24,000 nucleotides of DNA, taken from sequence record MW584871.1; one strand, 5' to 3'. Below the pieces are notes generated by a model. The model was not told the DNA's origin. It worked only from the letters and a program-made list of their open reading frames with translations, and did no database searches. Below, piece by piece: positions 22,453 to 24,000 of the stretch. This DNA is from Aeromonas phage vB_AsM_ZHF. A program made the translations under genes and the position numbers. How positions within the stretch are numbered: position 1 is the first letter of the stretch; each line of letters opens with the position of its first letter.

Positions 22453-24000
22453 TGGAAATAATCAAAATCGGAAACGTTGTTGATGATGGCCAAGGCGATT
22501 ATCTCCGCCGTGGTGGGCAAAAAGTCAATAACAACTTTACCGAACTCTATTCACAACTGGGCGACGGAGATCGCCCATTCGCTGCAGGTGCGTGGAAAAA
22601 TCATTCGGTAGGAGCTCTTTCTCCATTATTCGGAGATTCATGGGCAATAAACACCACTGCGGGTTCTATTACTGTCAATTTGCCTAAAGGATCTGTTTCC
22701 GACTACAATAAAGCAATAAAATTGCGAGATGTGTGGGGCACATGGGCAAGCCAAAACGTAATTTTGGTTGCTGCTTCGGGAGATACGTTAAAGGGTTCAC
22801 CAAATCCTCGTAATCTTGACAAAAATTTGATGGACGTTGAGCTTGTATATTGTTCGCCGGGCAGATGGGAATACGTAGAGAACAAACGTGTTGATAAAAT
22901 TACAACATCTGATTTGAGTACTGTCGCCAAAAAAGAAATAGTTGTGACTGTTGATGGCCAAACCGATTTTCCTAATGTGTTCGGGACAACAAATTACAAT
23001 ATTGCAAACCTCGAAGTCTATCTACGCGGTAACTTGCTGTATTACGGCGACACTTTAAACGAAAACTCGAACTATGGATCTATCGACCCAGCCAATTCGA
23101 CATCAGTGCTGCCATTAGATGGAAGAAGTATTCGAATTCGTGATATTGACATCAAAAAAGGTGATACTGTAACAATTGTCACCTACATGGATGGAATCGC
23201 TTCTTACCGGAGTTCATATAACCTTAAGAATATTCAGATTTTTGATGCATCAACAACACAAAAAACGTCATCGCCTGGTGAAATTTGGGTTGGAGATATT
23301 TCGACAAAAACTGATTTCACTATTGACGAATTCGATATTCAGCCAAACAATAGAATAAATCCAAATTCGCTTGAAGTTCTTCTAAATGGGACGATGCTTA
23401 ATCGAGCAGGGGCGGGCGATTTGCCAATGTTCATCTGCGAGAATGCAATTGGCGATACTCAACAGATGTGCTGGGATAATGGCGGAAACTGGATTCCATC
23501 ATCTATTGATTATTCTATTGTCCTGGATGATGATGGCAATATCACCGATATCAAATTTGGAAAGACTTTTGAATCTGGCGATATGATTACTATCAGGTGG
23601 TTCAATAACGATATTGGGACGTTGCTTGACTGGGAAGGTACAAATGGTATCAAAGAAAAAGCTGATTCTGTTTACCTCAATACAGAGCAAGAATTAATAA
23701 TCCAAAATCAAATCGAATACACCGATTTTGACAATCCTGGCCAGCGTACGTCACAAATTATTCCAGGCACTTTCAGCGGAAGAATTGAAAATATCCAACA
23801 GTTGTTCGATGCTTTCTATCCGATTGGGACAATATATGAGAATGCCAATAACCCTGCCAACCCACGTGATTACATGGGGTTTGGTGTATGGAAAAGATAT
23901 GCTGAAGGGCGTTTGGTTGCAGGATGGACATCGAATCAGGCTGATGTCGAATTTGGTTTAAACAATAACGACCTCGACAATCAGGGTAATCCAAGCCATA
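22452..24000 (+). CDS. 10: baseplate wedge / tail pin, gp10-like (3' truncated by the window)
   Basis: Open frame from ATG 22452 through the window end (absent from the ORF track): MEIIKIGNVVDDGQGDYLRRGGQKVNNNFTELYSQLGDG...YPIGTIYENANNPANP. Confidence 0.85.
   Translation, partial: MEIIKIGNVVDDGQGDYLRRGGQKVNNNFTELYSQLGDGDRPFAAGAWKNHSVGALSPLFGDSWAINTTAGSITVNLPKGSVSDYNKAIKLRDVWGTWASQNVILVAASGDTLKGSPNPRNLDKNLMDVELVYCSPGRWEYVENKRVDKITTSDLSTVAKKEIVVTVDGQTDFPNVFGTTNYNIANLEVYLRGNLLYYGDTLNENSNYGSIDPANSTSVLPLDGRSIRIRDIDIKKGDTVTIVTYMDGIASYRSSYNLKNIQIFDASTTQKTSSPGEIWVGDISTKTDFTIDEFDIQPNNRINPNSLEVLLNGTMLNRAGAGDLPMFICENAIGDTQQMCWDNGGNWIPSSIDYSIVLDDDGNITDIKFGKTFESGDMITIRWFNNDIGTLLDWEGTNGIKEKADSVYLNTEQELIIQNQIEYTDFDNPGQRTSQIIPGTFSGRIENIQQLFDAFYPIGTIYENANNPANPRDYMGFGVWKRYAEGRLVAGWTSNQADVEFGLNNNDLDNQGNPSH

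Noticed and set aside
1-24000. CRISPR array, integrase, transposon or rRNA
   Set aside because: No regularly spaced direct repeats, recombinase-like ORFs or rRNA-like sequence recognised.

Overview
The window is a T4-like (Tevenvirinae-type) myovirus segment. The left part (~1.2-5.9 kb, minus strand) is a dense tRNA cluster: 17 well-supported tRNAs plus 4 tRNA-like or degenerate elements, interspersed with small ORFs and non-tRNA structured gaps. Notable items in it are an initiator-type tRNA, tRNA-Lys(TTT) and tRNA-Ile(GAT) genes with C instead of T at position 33, tRNA-like genes with remodelled anticodon arms, an Asn-anticodon tRNA with a long variable arm, a GIY-YIG/T5orf172-like ORF ending inside tRNA-Lys, a NADAR-like gene split by one in-frame amber codon, and a hairpin-bearing element repeated three times with a compensatory base change. 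From ~6 to 9 kb there are small accessory ORFs (membrane and secreted beta-barrel-like). From 9.07 to 15.28 kb (minus) lie homologues of T4 57B (Acb1 anti-CBASS type), 57A, gene 1 (dNMP kinase), 3/19-fold tail protein, 2, 4, an unassigned ORF, 5 and 53. From 15.35 kb onward (plus) lie PAAR, 6, 7, 8, 9 and 10 homologues. The divergent junction at 15276-15349 has two symmetric TTAAATA motifs around a CTCCCGGGAG palindrome, and ~190 nt at 10972-11160 is a noncoding chain of inverted repeats. All family assignments come from recalled motifs, lengths and gene order; no database search was run.
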